NCBI GenBank assembly: GCA_964641875.1
Contig: CAZXLU010000002.1
Location: 1-53,708, forward strand
Source of the DNA: Candidatus Woesearchaeota archaeon
Lineage (GTDB): Archaea; Nanobdellota; Nanobdellia; Parvarchaeales; Parvarchaeaceae
Direction of reading: 5' to 3'
Length of the DNA: 53,708 nt
Shown here: positions 35,126 to 45,024 of the stretch, piece by piece
How positions within the stretch are numbered: the stretch's first letter is position 1
Layout: each line of letters starts with the position of its first letter
The notes under the pieces: model-generated
Told to the model about the DNA's origin: nothing
The model's database searches: none
What the model saw: the letters and a program-made list of their open reading frames with translations, nothing else
Position numbers and translations under genes: made by a program

Positions 35126-35686
35126 ATGCTCGAAAATGTATTGCAATTTGCTGTGAATAATACTTCTAAGACAAATGTCACGTCTACGCTTACAACCCCT
35201 GCTCCAGGAGTTTCTCTACTATTTTCAGGCGTAGAATCATTTCTTTTTCCATTTTTACTGGTTTTTGCTATTGTTTACGGGGTATTGCAAAGAAGCGAGA
35301 TTTTCAAGGGAAAAAGCGACTTAGACGCCATAATAGCATTTGTACTCGGAATAATATTTGCTACTACTAATTACGCTTTAAAGCTTACTTACTTAATACT
35401 GCCTATAGTTGGCATAATAGCAGTTATAATTTTCATGGTATTAGTTATAGGCTCGATGCTTTATGGTAGTTCCTCTGAGCTATTAAAAGCCAGATCTGCT
35501 AGGAAGATAATAGTAGTCATTGCGGTTCTTATCTCTGTTGGTTTGATAATATGGGTATTAATTACCGCTAACCTTGGATTCGCCGGAATTTCATCAAAAT
35601 CTGTTTCTCAAGATTTGTATTCTTATGCACCGTATATAATAGTATTTATAGCCTTGATTATAGGTGCTTATTTCTTATTTAAGTAA
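35126..35686 (+). CDS. Uncharacterised polytopic membrane protein, tandem paralog 1 of 3
   Basis: Sequon-bearing N-terminal tail, then FLLVFAIVYGVLQRSEIF and 3-4 further TM helices. Confidence 0.6.
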   Translation: MLENVLQFAVNNTSKTNVTSTLTTPAPGVSLLFSGVESFLFPFLLVFAIVYGVLQRSEIFKGKSDLDAIIAFVLGIIFATTNYALKLTYLILPIVGIIAVIIFMVLVIGSMLYGSSSELLKARSARKIIVVIAVLISVGLIIWVLITANLGFAGISSKSVSQDLYSYAPYIIVFIALIIGAYFLFK

Positions 35687-35721
35687 TTGAATACTTATAA
35701 GTGAGAATATTTAAAGAAAAG

Positions 35722-35729
35722 TTTATATA
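35722..35729 (+). promoter_or_regulatory. TATA-box candidate for paralog 2
   Basis: TTTATATA ends 23 nt before the ATG at 35753. Confidence 0.4.
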
Positions 35730-35752
35730 CTAATATCTTTCAATAATACTTC

Positions 35753-36313
35753 ATGGTAGTTGCCGCAGCAGGCTCATTATATTCACAGATTGATAAGGCA
35801 TTGAGGCTTATAACTCCACCGAATGTTACTAATCCAATAGAATTTTGGTTAGCATTCCTTCTTATTCTTGCAATTATAAGTACCGTTCTAAAGAATGTAA
35901 GTTATTTTGCTGATAATAAAAACAAAGGTGCGAGAGGGATAATTGCCCTTATAATTTCATATTTTGCTGTTACTGTTGCATGGGTAAGCCCAGTTCTTAT
36001 ATATATGTCATCAACGCTTGCAGTCACAGCTTTAATTTTAGTTGCAATGCTAATAGTTGCAAGTCTCCTCAAATTTGATATAACCGGAGACAAAGCAAAA
36101 TGGCTGTTCGTTGTTGCTATTGGAATATTGTTTTTGGGAGGAGGGATATTTTCAAATGCACTAGTTCCGGCAAGCTCTGGCGTAGGTAGCCAACTTTCAA
36201 ATGTCGCTTCATCGCTTATAGGTCCGGATTTGGTTTATCTTATCCTGGGTATAATAATTATCTTTGTAATCGCCTTTACTTTTGGCGGTGGCGGTTCCAG
36301 TAAGAACCCATGA
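35753..36313 (+). CDS. Uncharacterised polytopic membrane protein, tandem paralog 2 of 3
   Basis: Same length (186 aa) and same layout as paralog 1: N-terminal tail with NVTN, then WLAFLLILAIISTVLKNVSYF. Confidence 0.6.
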   Translation: MVVAAAGSLYSQIDKALRLITPPNVTNPIEFWLAFLLILAIISTVLKNVSYFADNKNKGARGIIALIISYFAVTVAWVSPVLIYMSSTLAVTALILVAMLIVASLLKFDITGDKAKWLFVVAIGILFLGGGIFSNALVPASSGVGSQLSNVASSLIGPDLVYLILGIIIIFVIAFTFGGGGSSKNP

Positions 36314-36320
36314 TGTTTAT

Positions 36321-36899
36321 ATGGTAAATTTGCCAATATTTGGTTTGTATGATTTAATTGTATTTGTGCTGATATTTGCAGTAGTTTATGGGCTCCTTGC
36401 AAGGTCAAAGTTTTTTAACAGCTCGGATATACCTGCATTAATCGCTGTAGCGATAGGACTACTTTCTTTAACTTCATCGTTTTTTGTTAGCTTCATCGTG
36501 ACTTTTTTACCCTATGTTTTAGTAACATTGCTTTTCATATTTCTGGTTATATTCCTGTTGTCCGCTTCGATGGTTTCTACTGGCTCAATAACAGATTATT
36601 TAAAGAAAAGCTCCTTAGTACCTGCAATGATAATATTAATCATGTTTATATTTGGATTAATAGCATTTGGTGCAGTGTCAGCCAACTATGTGGGCATATT
36701 TGGGCCTACAAATTCTACAAATTCAAGTTCTACGACTTCAGTTGCACCAATTTCAACCTCTTCGTTCCCAGGAGATCTAAATTCAACTTACATCTTAACA
36801 ATACTTACAAGTCCTTCGTTTCTAACGACTTTACTTACATTAATGGCAATGACAATAGTTGTATTCGCTATAACTAGACAAAAACCTGGTAGCAAATAA
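36321..36899 (+). CDS. Uncharacterised polytopic membrane protein, tandem paralog 3 of 3
   Basis: FVLIFAVVYGLLARSKFF closely matches paralog 1. The ATG at 36321 is preferred over the track's TTG at 36282. An S/T-rich loop precedes the last TM. Confidence 0.6.
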   Translation: MVNLPIFGLYDLIVFVLIFAVVYGLLARSKFFNSSDIPALIAVAIGLLSLTSSFFVSFIVTFLPYVLVTLLFIFLVIFLLSASMVSTGSITDYLKKSSLVPAMIILIMFIFGLIAFGAVSANYVGIFGPTNSTNSSSTTSVAPISTSSFPGDLNSTYILTILTSPSFLTTLLTLMAMTIVVFAITRQKPGSK

Positions 36900-37379
36900 C
36901 TATATAATTTTATAGTAATTTTTGAAATTGCTTTCGAATAAGCTTATACTGCTTGCAATAAATGAGAATTCCTTTTCTTCTGCCATTTTATTAAATTGTT
37001 TTTTTATTTTTTTTACTCTACATAAAGTAACATGTGGTTTAAAATCTTCATCGAATTTAATCCTTAAAAAATCAGCTATGTCTTTTGCAATGGTTTTTAA
37101 ATTATTATGAATTTCACCATATACGATACGTGGTTTAATAATATTTGGGAACCCATTAATTCCGCTTATTCTTATATCATCTAAGAATTTAATATCTCTT
37201 ATAAACTCTTTAAATTCCTCACTTATCTTAAAATTTCCTAAAAAAAGGAGGGTTATATGCAATTTCTCCTCTTCTGTAAATTTTCCATCAAAATATTCTT
37301 CTAATAAGGGATAGTAGTATGAAATGATATCTTTTTTTATTTGTGAAGGGATATCAATAGCAACAAAATATCTTTTCAT
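36900..37379 (-). CDS. 2H phosphoesterase (LigT/ThpR, 2'-5' RNA ligase family)
   Basis: Two HxTx motifs, LHITLLF and PHVTLCR. The start MKRYFVAIDIP at 37379 forms an ATGA overlap with the upstream stop. Confidence 0.8.
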   Translation of the reverse strand: MKRYFVAIDIPSQIKKDIISYYYPLLEEYFDGKFTEEEKLHITLLFLGNFKISEEFKEFIRDIKFLDDIRISGINGFPNIIKPRIVYGEIHNNLKTIAKDIADFLRIKFDEDFKPHVTLCRVKKIKKQFNKMAEEKEFSFIASSISLFESNFKNYYKII

Positions 37380-38296
37380 TTTACAGTTTCTATTGAATCT
37401 ATCTGTCCATCTCCGTCTATATCGTATCCACGGACCATCATACTCCAAGGCGCTTCGTTAGAGTATCCCTTAAATGTAAGATTTGAAAATCTGGTTGCAG
37501 CAAGAATCGCTGACAGCGTCCCTATGTTTCTTACTCCAGCAATTAGTATTATATCCTTTTCCTTGTCAAAGGGATTTTTTATCTTCTCTATGGTTCCTTC
37601 GTAATCCCTGATGTGTATGCCATTTCTGTCTTTAAGGGCCCAGCCTTCCTCCTTTATAAATTTTATCGGGAGAAAATTATTTATGTCTCTTGTAACTAGA
37701 TTTGTCACTGGCCCTCCTATAACTATTAAATTGTTTTTGAACATATTCTTTGATATAACATCAGTATCTAAAACAATTGGAAGTGAACTCGGCAAATCAA
37801 TAAATTGTCCAAGAAACATACCTAGATATGCTGTATAATGCGAGTCCTTTGCGACAGACTTGTATTCTCCGTGAGGGTCTGAAGCTCCAACACATATATA
37901 ACCATTAAATTTTCCATTGTTTATGAATTTAGAGAAGAAATTTAAGGCGTACTGGTTTTCTTTGTTTCTGCTTCTTGGGTCAAACTTTACGTTATTTTGA
38001 TTTATTTCATATGAAAATGAATTGTAAACTGCTTTAACCAACTGGGTATCTTTTTGTTGGGTAATCTCTACTAAACCGGCTTTTTCCATCTTGGATAGAT
38101 ATAAATTTAAGGCCTTTTTATCGATTTTAAGTTCCTTTGAAAGCGCGTCTGCTTTATACTGTTTTTTAGATATCTTCTTTAGTATTGTGATTGCTTTCTC
38201 ATCAGCAATGTTTTTTACATCCTTTATATCCTCTAATAGCTTTGTATCATTCACAAAATAATTCTCTCCGTCGTTCTTAAGAATATAATTTTTCAT
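37376..38296 (-). CDS. Winged-helix (ArsR/MarR-like) N-terminal domain fused to a domain resembling the C-terminus of the surface protein at 3..407
   Basis: wHTH-like ALSKELKIDKKALNLYLSKMEKAGLVEI. Later LIVIGGPVTNLV...DIILIAGVRNIGTLSAILAAT parallels VIVMGGPAVNTL...ALWVAGYNASGTVEASEVLAAS. No signal peptide or TM. Confidence 0.6.
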   Translation of the reverse strand: MKNYILKNDGENYFVNDTKLLEDIKDVKNIADEKAITILKKISKKQYKADALSKELKIDKKALNLYLSKMEKAGLVEITQQKDTQLVKAVYNSFSYEINQNNVKFDPRSRNKENQYALNFFSKFINNGKFNGYICVGASDPHGEYKSVAKDSHYTAYLGMFLGQFIDLPSSLPIVLDTDVISKNMFKNNLIVIGGPVTNLVTRDINNFLPIKFIKEEGWALKDRNGIHIRDYEGTIEKIKNPFDKEKDIILIAGVRNIGTLSAILAATRFSNLTFKGYSNEAPWSMMVRGYDIDGDGQIDSIETVK

Positions 38297-38409
38297 AAAT
38301 AATTAATATAATAGCTTGATGCAAGTATTTAAACATTATCCTAATTTATTATTGACTTATAAAAGCTTTAAATATAAGTTGCTTTCTTACAAAAGTTTAG
38401 ACTAATTTT

Positions 38410-40161
38410 ATGTGCGGGATTATAGGTTATACTGGTGAAGAGAATTCAATACCTTTTGTATTAGAAGGCATAAGAAACTTAGAATATAGAGGGTACGATA
38501 GTTTTGGGTGTGCCATAAAGAAAAACAAAAATATAACAGTTTTAAAGGACATTGGTAGGATTAATAAGATTATATCTGATTACGGCTTAGAGGAAGTTTC
38601 TGCAGATGCAAGCATAGCCCATACTAGATGGGCAACGAACGGAGGAGTTACAAAAGAAAACGCTCATCCACTAGTAGACTGCAGTGGTAAAATAGCAGTT
38701 GTGCATAACGGGATAATAGAGAACTTTAAAGAATTAAAAGATGAAGTTCTTTCTCATTCATTTGTTTCTGAAACTGATACGGAGGTACTGCCGCACCTAA
38801 TAGAAGAGGAGATGAAAAAAGGGCGGTCTTTTGAGGATTCTGTTGTAGAGGTATCCTCGAAGATAAAAGGGTTCTCTTCATTCGTAGCAATGGATTCTGA
38901 AAATGACGATATTGTAGCAGTTAAAAGTGGCTCACCATTGGTTTTGGGGATATCAGAAAAAGGAGTATTCGTTTCCAGCGATGTACCTTCTTTCCTTAGG
39001 CACACAAATAAGGTCGTATACCTTTTCGATGGAGATGTCATATCTATAAACAAGAAAGGGTTTAAGGTATTAAAGACACAGAATCACGGAATGCATAAAA
39101 TAAGGGAAGTAAACTTCTCGTTAAAAGATATAGAAAAAGGAAAATATAAGCACTTTATGCTTAAGGAGATAATGGAACAACAAGGCCTTATTTCTAAGCT
39201 TGCTGCCTCAGATCTTTCATATCTAAAGACTCCTGCATCAATTCTTTCTTTGGCTAGAAATGTTTATATTGTAGGATCAGGAAGCTCTTTTCATATCGCT
39301 TTAATGACCGCTAATATAATGAGAGATTTTGGGAGAAACGCCATAGCGATACAGCCACAAGACATATATAATTATTCAAAAATTATAAACAACGAAGATG
39401 TTTTTATAATAATATCGCAAAGCGGGGAAACTATGGATATAATAGAGTCCCTTCCATTAATTAAAGATAATAAAAAAATAGGTATAATAAATACGGAAGG
39501 ATCCACCCTCTCTAATTCTGTAGATTACTTTCTAAATGTTAATGCTGGGCATGAAAAGGGTGTAGCCGCCACCAAAACTTTTGTTCTTTCCGCGTTAATG
39601 TCTATATTGTTAGTAATGTTCTCTTTGGGCCAGGAAACTGAAGCTATTAATGATCTTAAGCTTTTGGACATTAGTTTATACAATGTTTTCGTCCCATCTG
39701 TTTATACTGCAATAAAAGAAGTATCCTCAAAAATAAAAAAAGAAAATAGCATATTTTTCTTAGGTAGAGGGATAGATTACATATCTGCGATGGAAGCTGC
39801 GCTTAAGATGAAAGAGATAACTTATATACATGCTGAGGCCATAGACTCTGCTACATTTAAACACGGGCCTTTAGCATTGATATCAAGGAATGCATACTCT
39901 GTTGCTTTAGTATCTGATAGATTTAAGGATTTAGAGATGAATAACCTTAAAGAGATAAAAGCAAGAAATGGGAAGATAATCGGGATTTCCAATCAAAAGC
40001 TTGATGTTTTCGATATGTTTATAAGATCGCAGCCTGCCGGCATATTTAGCTTCGTTCCCCATATAATAATATCACAGCTTCTCGCATATTACGTATCAGT
40101 TGCAAAGCGAATAGATCCAGACCACCCAAGGAACCTTGCAAAAGCTGTTACGACGAAATAG
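38410..40161 (+). CDS. glmS: Glutamine--fructose-6-phosphate aminotransferase
   Basis: MCGIIGY N-terminal nucleophile, HTRWATNG, two SIS domains (GSGSSFH, SQSGET). Confidence 0.95.
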   Translation: MCGIIGYTGEENSIPFVLEGIRNLEYRGYDSFGCAIKKNKNITVLKDIGRINKIISDYGLEEVSADASIAHTRWATNGGVTKENAHPLVDCSGKIAVVHNGIIENFKELKDEVLSHSFVSETDTEVLPHLIEEEMKKGRSFEDSVVEVSSKIKGFSSFVAMDSENDDIVAVKSGSPLVLGISEKGVFVSSDVPSFLRHTNKVVYLFDGDVISINKKGFKVLKTQNHGMHKIREVNFSLKDIEKGKYKHFMLKEIMEQQGLISKLAASDLSYLKTPASILSLARNVYIVGSGSSFHIALMTANIMRDFGRNAIAIQPQDIYNYSKIINNEDVFIIISQSGETMDIIESLPLIKDNKKIGIINTEGSTLSNSVDYFLNVNAGHEKGVAATKTFVLSALMSILLVMFSLGQETEAINDLKLLDISLYNVFVPSVYTAIKEVSSKIKKENSIFFLGRGIDYISAMEAALKMKEITYIHAEAIDSATFKHGPLALISRNAYSVALVSDRFKDLEMNNLKEIKARNGKIIGISNQKLDVFDMFIRSQPAGIFSFVPHIIISQLLAYYVSVAKRIDPDHPRNLAKAVTTK

Positions 40162-40196
40162 TGAAGCTTTTTTTGCTTAGGGATCCATAATTTAAA

Positions 40197-42515
40197 ATGG
40201 GAGAGGAGTATTTTCTTGTAGATGTTGATTATATAGTCATAGATAACTTTCCTGTTATAAGGTTGTTCTGCGTTAACACCAATTTAGAACGTAGAATATT
40301 CTACGATAAAAATTTTAAACCTTACTGTTATGTAGACTCCGATTTAGCTAGTTTTAGAAAAAACACATCTAATTTATCATTTATAGATTCTACAGAAATA
40401 ATCGAAAGGTATAATCTTGGAAGAAAGTCAAGTCTAATAAAGGTTTATACCAAGTTGCCGGAGGACGTTCCAAAGATAAAACAACTTGGTTTAAAAACTT
40501 ACGAAGCAGACATCCCTTTCTATAAAAGATATCTATTAGATAAAGCAATCGGCAGCCAGACTATTTTAAATATAGAAAGTGATGGGGATTATGTTAAGGA
40601 GATAAAAAATGCTGGAAATGGAAATATGCCTATTAAAATTGCTGCAATAGACATAGAAACATACTCGAAAAAATCATTTCCAAATCCAAAAATTGATCCA
40701 ATAATAGCGGTTTCAATTGTGAGCTCTTATGAGAGAAAATGCATAACCTGGTTGAATACAGACGGCGAAGAAATAATAAATGCAAAGGATGAAAAAGACA
40801 TGCTAAGTATACTTGCGGATTACATATCAAGTAATAATTTTAATGTATTGGTGGGATATAACTCAGATTCATTTGATATGCCGTATATATCGGAAAGATC
40901 AAAGTTGCTTGGTTTAGAATTTAAGATAAATGGTTTTGAGCTTAAAATAAAAGGAGAGAAGAAAAAAATAGCAGAGATAAATGGAACAGCAAATGTAGAC
41001 ATATTTAACTTTATACGGAATATCTATTCAATATACAATTTAAAGACTGAGATCTTAACATTAAGAGAAGTCGCAGCGGAAATAGTTGGCGAGGAAAAAG
41101 GAGAGTTTGATTGGGACAGGATAAATGAGGTATTTGAAAACAAAGAACTTGCAAGATACCTGTGTAATTACTGCATACAAGATTCAAATATTACTTTAAA
41201 AATATTTTATGCGCTTTTACCTTTGATTACAGAATTAAATAAACTAATCGGGCAAACATTTTCAGATGTGTCTAGGATGACAACAGGTTCTGTTGTAGAA
41301 CACCTTATAATGAAAAAGGCCTTAGAACTAGGGGAATTAATACCAAACAGGCCATCGGATTTTCAAGTTAATGAGCGTATTAAGCATGTAAATGTTGGCG
41401 CTTTTGTATTTCAGCCGACCCCAGGGCTTTATGAAAACATAGCTGTAGTGGATTTTAGAAGTCTTTACCCCAGTATAATAGTTTCGCATAATATCTGCCC
41501 ATCGACAATAAAATTCGTTGATGGGAAAGCAGAGTTTATGAGTAGAAGTGAAAAAGTTGGTTTAATCCCAACAGTTCTAGGGGAGGTCATAGACTTAAGA
41601 TTTGAAGCAAAAGACAAACTAAAAATAGAAAAAGACAACAAAAATCTTAAGGCAAGGGTTCTAGTTTTAAAATTGATAGCAAATGGTTTCTATGGCTATC
41701 TAGGGTATTACAATTCAAGGTGGTATTGCTTTGATTGTGCTGGGGCAACCACAGCTTTGGGTAGAAAGTATGTTCAAGATGTTATATCAAAGGCCAAATC
41801 AGCCGGATTTTCTGTTCTTTATGCGGATACGGATTCCGCATTTCTACAATTTGGAGAACAAAGGGAAAAAGTAAAGGAATTTATTTTTAATATAAACAAG
41901 GAACTTCCAAAACCGATGGAATTAGAACTGCAGGACTTCTATCGTAGAGGAATATTTGTAAGTTCTAAAGGCGGTATAGGCGCAAAGAAGAAATATGCAA
42001 TGGTAGATTTACATGGAAACATGCTAATAAAGGGTTTTCAATCCGTAAGGAGGGACTGGGCGGTTATAGCAAAAAATCTGCAGAAACAAGTTTTAAATAA
42101 AATATTAATTGACGGTGATATAATTGGGGCATTGGATCTAGTCAGAGATACTATTAAAAAACTAAAGGATGGCGAAGTAGATCTAGAAGAATTAGTTATA
42201 CTTACAAGGTTGAGAAAAGATCCTTCTTCTTATGCTCAGACAAATAGACATATTTCAGCGGTTGAAAAGAGTGGGTTAAAATTTTCGAGTGGAGATACTG
42301 TAAAATATATAATATCAAAAGGAAATGAAAAAGAGAAAGTTTCGGACAAAGCAGTTTTATACGAAATTGCAAAGAAAAACCAAATAAAATACGATCCTGA
42401 TTATTACATAAACAAACAGGTAGTATCTTCAGTTTTACAGATATTCGAGGTTTTCGGTTATTCAGAAGAGGATATTAAAGGCAGGAAAGATAATTCTTTA
42501 GAGGGATTTTTATAA
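40197..42515 (+). CDS. polB: Family B DNA polymerase, intein-free
   Basis: Exo I AIDIET, Exo II YNSDSFDMPY, motif A DFRSLYPSII, motif B KLIANGFYGYLGY, motif C YADTDS. Confidence 0.95.
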   Translation: MGEEYFLVDVDYIVIDNFPVIRLFCVNTNLERRIFYDKNFKPYCYVDSDLASFRKNTSNLSFIDSTEIIERYNLGRKSSLIKVYTKLPEDVPKIKQLGLKTYEADIPFYKRYLLDKAIGSQTILNIESDGDYVKEIKNAGNGNMPIKIAAIDIETYSKKSFPNPKIDPIIAVSIVSSYERKCITWLNTDGEEIINAKDEKDMLSILADYISSNNFNVLVGYNSDSFDMPYISERSKLLGLEFKINGFELKIKGEKKKIAEINGTANVDIFNFIRNIYSIYNLKTEILTLREVAAEIVGEEKGEFDWDRINEVFENKELARYLCNYCIQDSNITLKIFYALLPLITELNKLIGQTFSDVSRMTTGSVVEHLIMKKALELGELIPNRPSDFQVNERIKHVNVGAFVFQPTPGLYENIAVVDFRSLYPSIIVSHNICPSTIKFVDGKAEFMSRSEKVGLIPTVLGEVIDLRFEAKDKLKIEKDNKNLKARVLVLKLIANGFYGYLGYYNSRWYCFDCAGATTALGRKYVQDVISKAKSAGFSVLYADTDSAFLQFGEQREKVKEFIFNINKELPKPMELELQDFYRRGIFVSSKGGIGAKKKYAMVDLHGNMLIKGFQSVRRDWAVIAKNLQKQVLNKILIDGDIIGALDLVRDTIKKLKDGEVDLEELVILTRLRKDPSSYAQTNRHISAVEKSGLKFSSGDTVKYIISKGNEKEKVSDKAVLYEIAKKNQIKYDPDYYINKQVVSSVLQIFEVFGYSEEDIKGRKDNSLEGFL

Positions 42516-42549
42516 GCTTTTTTATATATAAGTAAAATCATACAATAAT

Positions 42550-43104
42550 ATGGAAAATCAGGTAAAAAATGATTTTATAGACAGGTTTACCGATAATAGT
42601 ATCGGTATGCTTTTTATAAAGGAGAGATATAAACTTGATGATGTAGCGCTGCAATTATTTAACAGAATAAAAAACAAAAAATTTAAATTGGTATACGTAA
42701 CCGCAAGCTTGCCATCGAAAGTTATACAGGAGAAAATAGAAAGCATAAAGCTGGACGATTATTTTATAATAGACTCTGTTAGCAGCAGCATATCAAGTGA
42801 TTTGTCGCCTACGGAAAAAAGTATATTCCTAAAATCTCCTGCAGATCTTACTGAGATAGGTATTAGTCTAGAAGGGATACTTAGAAAGTATCAAAATACT
42901 CTATTTATAGTTATAGATTCGCTAACTTCTTTGCTGATATATAACTCTGAAAATGAGATACTTAGGTTTGTGCATTTTACGTCTTCACTTGCAAGAGAGA
43001 AAAAAAGCAAGCTAGTTTTTATAGTTCTAGAAAATAACGGTGTAAGTAAAGGATTTCTTGATAAGATAAGAAGCTTTATAGATGAAGAAGCATTTATAGA
43101 ATGA
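42550..43104 (+). CDS. RecA/KaiC-superfamily-like protein lacking a Walker A loop
   Basis: LFIVIDSLTSLLIY (Walker B-like hhhhDSlt.l) and KLVFIVLEN strands. The expected GxxGxGKT position reads IKERYKLDD. Confidence 0.45.
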   Translation: MENQVKNDFIDRFTDNSIGMLFIKERYKLDDVALQLFNRIKNKKFKLVYVTASLPSKVIQEKIESIKLDDYFIIDSVSSSISSDLSPTEKSIFLKSPADLTEIGISLEGILRKYQNTLFIVIDSLTSLLIYNSENEILRFVHFTSSLAREKKSKLVFIVLENNGVSKGFLDKIRSFIDEEAFIE

Positions 43105-43995
43105 ATGGAAAAAGATGAAAAGGAAAAATGGCTTTTAGCAGGTAAAATAGGAAAAGAGGCCAGAGAGCTTGGAATTTCAATGTGCCAACCAGGAGCGAAA
43201 ATTCTTGACATTGCAATGGCCATAGAAAAAAAGATAGAAAGCAACGGAGCAAAACCTTCTTTTCCACCCAATATATCTATAAACCAAATTGCTGCGCACT
43301 ATACCCCAAAATTTGCTGATACTACGGAATTAAAAGTGGGAGACATTGTAAAAATAGATGTAGGCGCAAGTATCGATGGTTATTTGTCAGATACTGCTGC
43401 GACTGCCGTTGTTGGTAGTTCCGATAATCCATTAGTTAATACTGCAAAAGAAGCATTGGAAAACGTAATCAAAATTATAAGGCCAGGTATCCCAATTATA
43501 GAAATTAGTTCAGTTATAGAAGATACTATAAGAAATAAGGGGTTCTCTCCAATTGTAAATTTGGGGGGACATGGTATAAGCAGGTATGATTTGCATGAAG
43601 GAGAATTCATAGCAAATTCTAGAAATTATTCCGGTTCTTTTTTAAGAAAACATGGAATTGTTGCAGTAGAGCCTTTTGCTACGACTGGTGGGGGATATGT
43701 AGTAGATAGCTCAGAAGTTCAGATTTTATCGTTTATAAAATATAAAAATGTTAGGAGTTCATTAGGCAGAGATATATTGGCTTTCATAGAAGAGGAATAC
43801 AAACAATTACCATTCGCGAAAAGATGGATAATAGATAAATTTGGAAAGTTAGCAGATATGGAAATGAAAGCATTGGTTGCAGCAGGAGCATTAAACGAGT
43901 TTAATGTTTTGAAAGAAAGAGATAATGGTATTGTAGCACAATTTGAGCATACCTTCCTTTTTGATGACGACAAGGTAATCATAACAACTATTTAA
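43105..43995 (+). CDS. map: Methionine aminopeptidase, type 2
   Basis: AAHYTP, DVGASIDGYLSDTA, GGHGI and a C-terminal QFEHT pattern. Confidence 0.9.
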   Translation: MEKDEKEKWLLAGKIGKEARELGISMCQPGAKILDIAMAIEKKIESNGAKPSFPPNISINQIAAHYTPKFADTTELKVGDIVKIDVGASIDGYLSDTAATAVVGSSDNPLVNTAKEALENVIKIIRPGIPIIEISSVIEDTIRNKGFSPIVNLGGHGISRYDLHEGEFIANSRNYSGSFLRKHGIVAVEPFATTGGGYVVDSSEVQILSFIKYKNVRSSLGRDILAFIEEEYKQLPFAKRWIIDKFGKLADMEMKALVAAGALNEFNVLKERDNGIVAQFEHTFLFDDDKVIITTI

Positions 43996-44025
43996 GAAAC
44001 CATTTACCATCTAATTTATGATAGT

Positions 44026-45024
44026 ATGGGAGTAAAACTCAATGGTATTTTTGAGGGAAAGAGCATAAAAATGCAGGAGCTTGCAGGTAAAGTAATAGCC
44101 ATAGATGCATTTAACTGGATATTTCAGTTTTTAACTACTATAAGACTGGCTGATGGATCATATCTTACAGATTCTAAAGGTAGAATAACAACCCATTTAA
44201 ATGGAATATTCTATAGATGTGTTTCTTTGCTTGAAAACAACATAACTCCAGTTTTCGTTTTTGATGGAAGTGCGCCGAGATTTAAGAAGGAGACTTTGAA
44301 AGAAAGGGAAAAAGCTAAGGAAGAAGCTGAAGTTATGCTGGAGAAAGCTTCTACATTGGAGGAAAAAGCAATGTACATGCGAAGGCTAGCGAGAATAGAC
44401 AGTTATATAATTGATTCAGCAAAAGAACTTTTATCCTATATGGGAATAAAATATATCCAAGCTCCGGCAGAAGGGGAGGCCCAGGCAGCACAAATGAGCA
44501 ATGAAGGAAAAGTTTTTGCTGCAGCTTCACAAGATTATGATACTTTCTTATTTGGAGCAAAAAGAGTAGTTAGAAATCTAAATATCACAAATAAGAGAAA
44601 AATAAGTAGAAAAAGGATATCCACACAGGTTGCTCCGGAAATAATAGAGGCGGATTATAATCTTAAAAAATTAGGCATAAATAGAGAAAAATTGATCGTT
44701 TTATCGCTTTTTACAGGCACCGATTATAATAAAGGTGTAGAAGGCATAGGGCCAAAAAAGGCCTTGAAACTCGTTAAAGAATTTGATTATAATGAGCTTC
44801 TAGAAAAATATAATTTTAGGTCTAATTATGATATAAAAGAAATATTCAATTATTTTTTGAATCCAGACACTGTAAATGTAAGCGATGACTTAAATATCGA
44901 AAAGGTAGATAAAGAGAAATTAATTGCCTTTTTATGCGATGAGCATGGCTTTTCAAAAGATCGGGTGCAGCAATTTCTTGATAAATTAAATAGGCGCGAA
45001 AATTCACTTACTTTTTATGGCTGA
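44026..45024 (+). CDS. fen: Flap endonuclease 1
   Basis: MGVKL...GKVIAIDAFNWIFQFL...TTHLNGIFYR...PVFVFDG, APAEGEAQAA, SQDYDTFLFG. Confidence 0.95.
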   Translation: MGVKLNGIFEGKSIKMQELAGKVIAIDAFNWIFQFLTTIRLADGSYLTDSKGRITTHLNGIFYRCVSLLENNITPVFVFDGSAPRFKKETLKEREKAKEEAEVMLEKASTLEEKAMYMRRLARIDSYIIDSAKELLSYMGIKYIQAPAEGEAQAAQMSNEGKVFAAASQDYDTFLFGAKRVVRNLNITNKRKISRKRISTQVAPEIIEADYNLKKLGINREKLIVLSLFTGTDYNKGVEGIGPKKALKLVKEFDYNELLEKYNFRSNYDIKEIFNYFLNPDTVNVSDDLNIEKVDKEKLIAFLCDEHGFSKDRVQQFLDKLNRRENSLTFYG

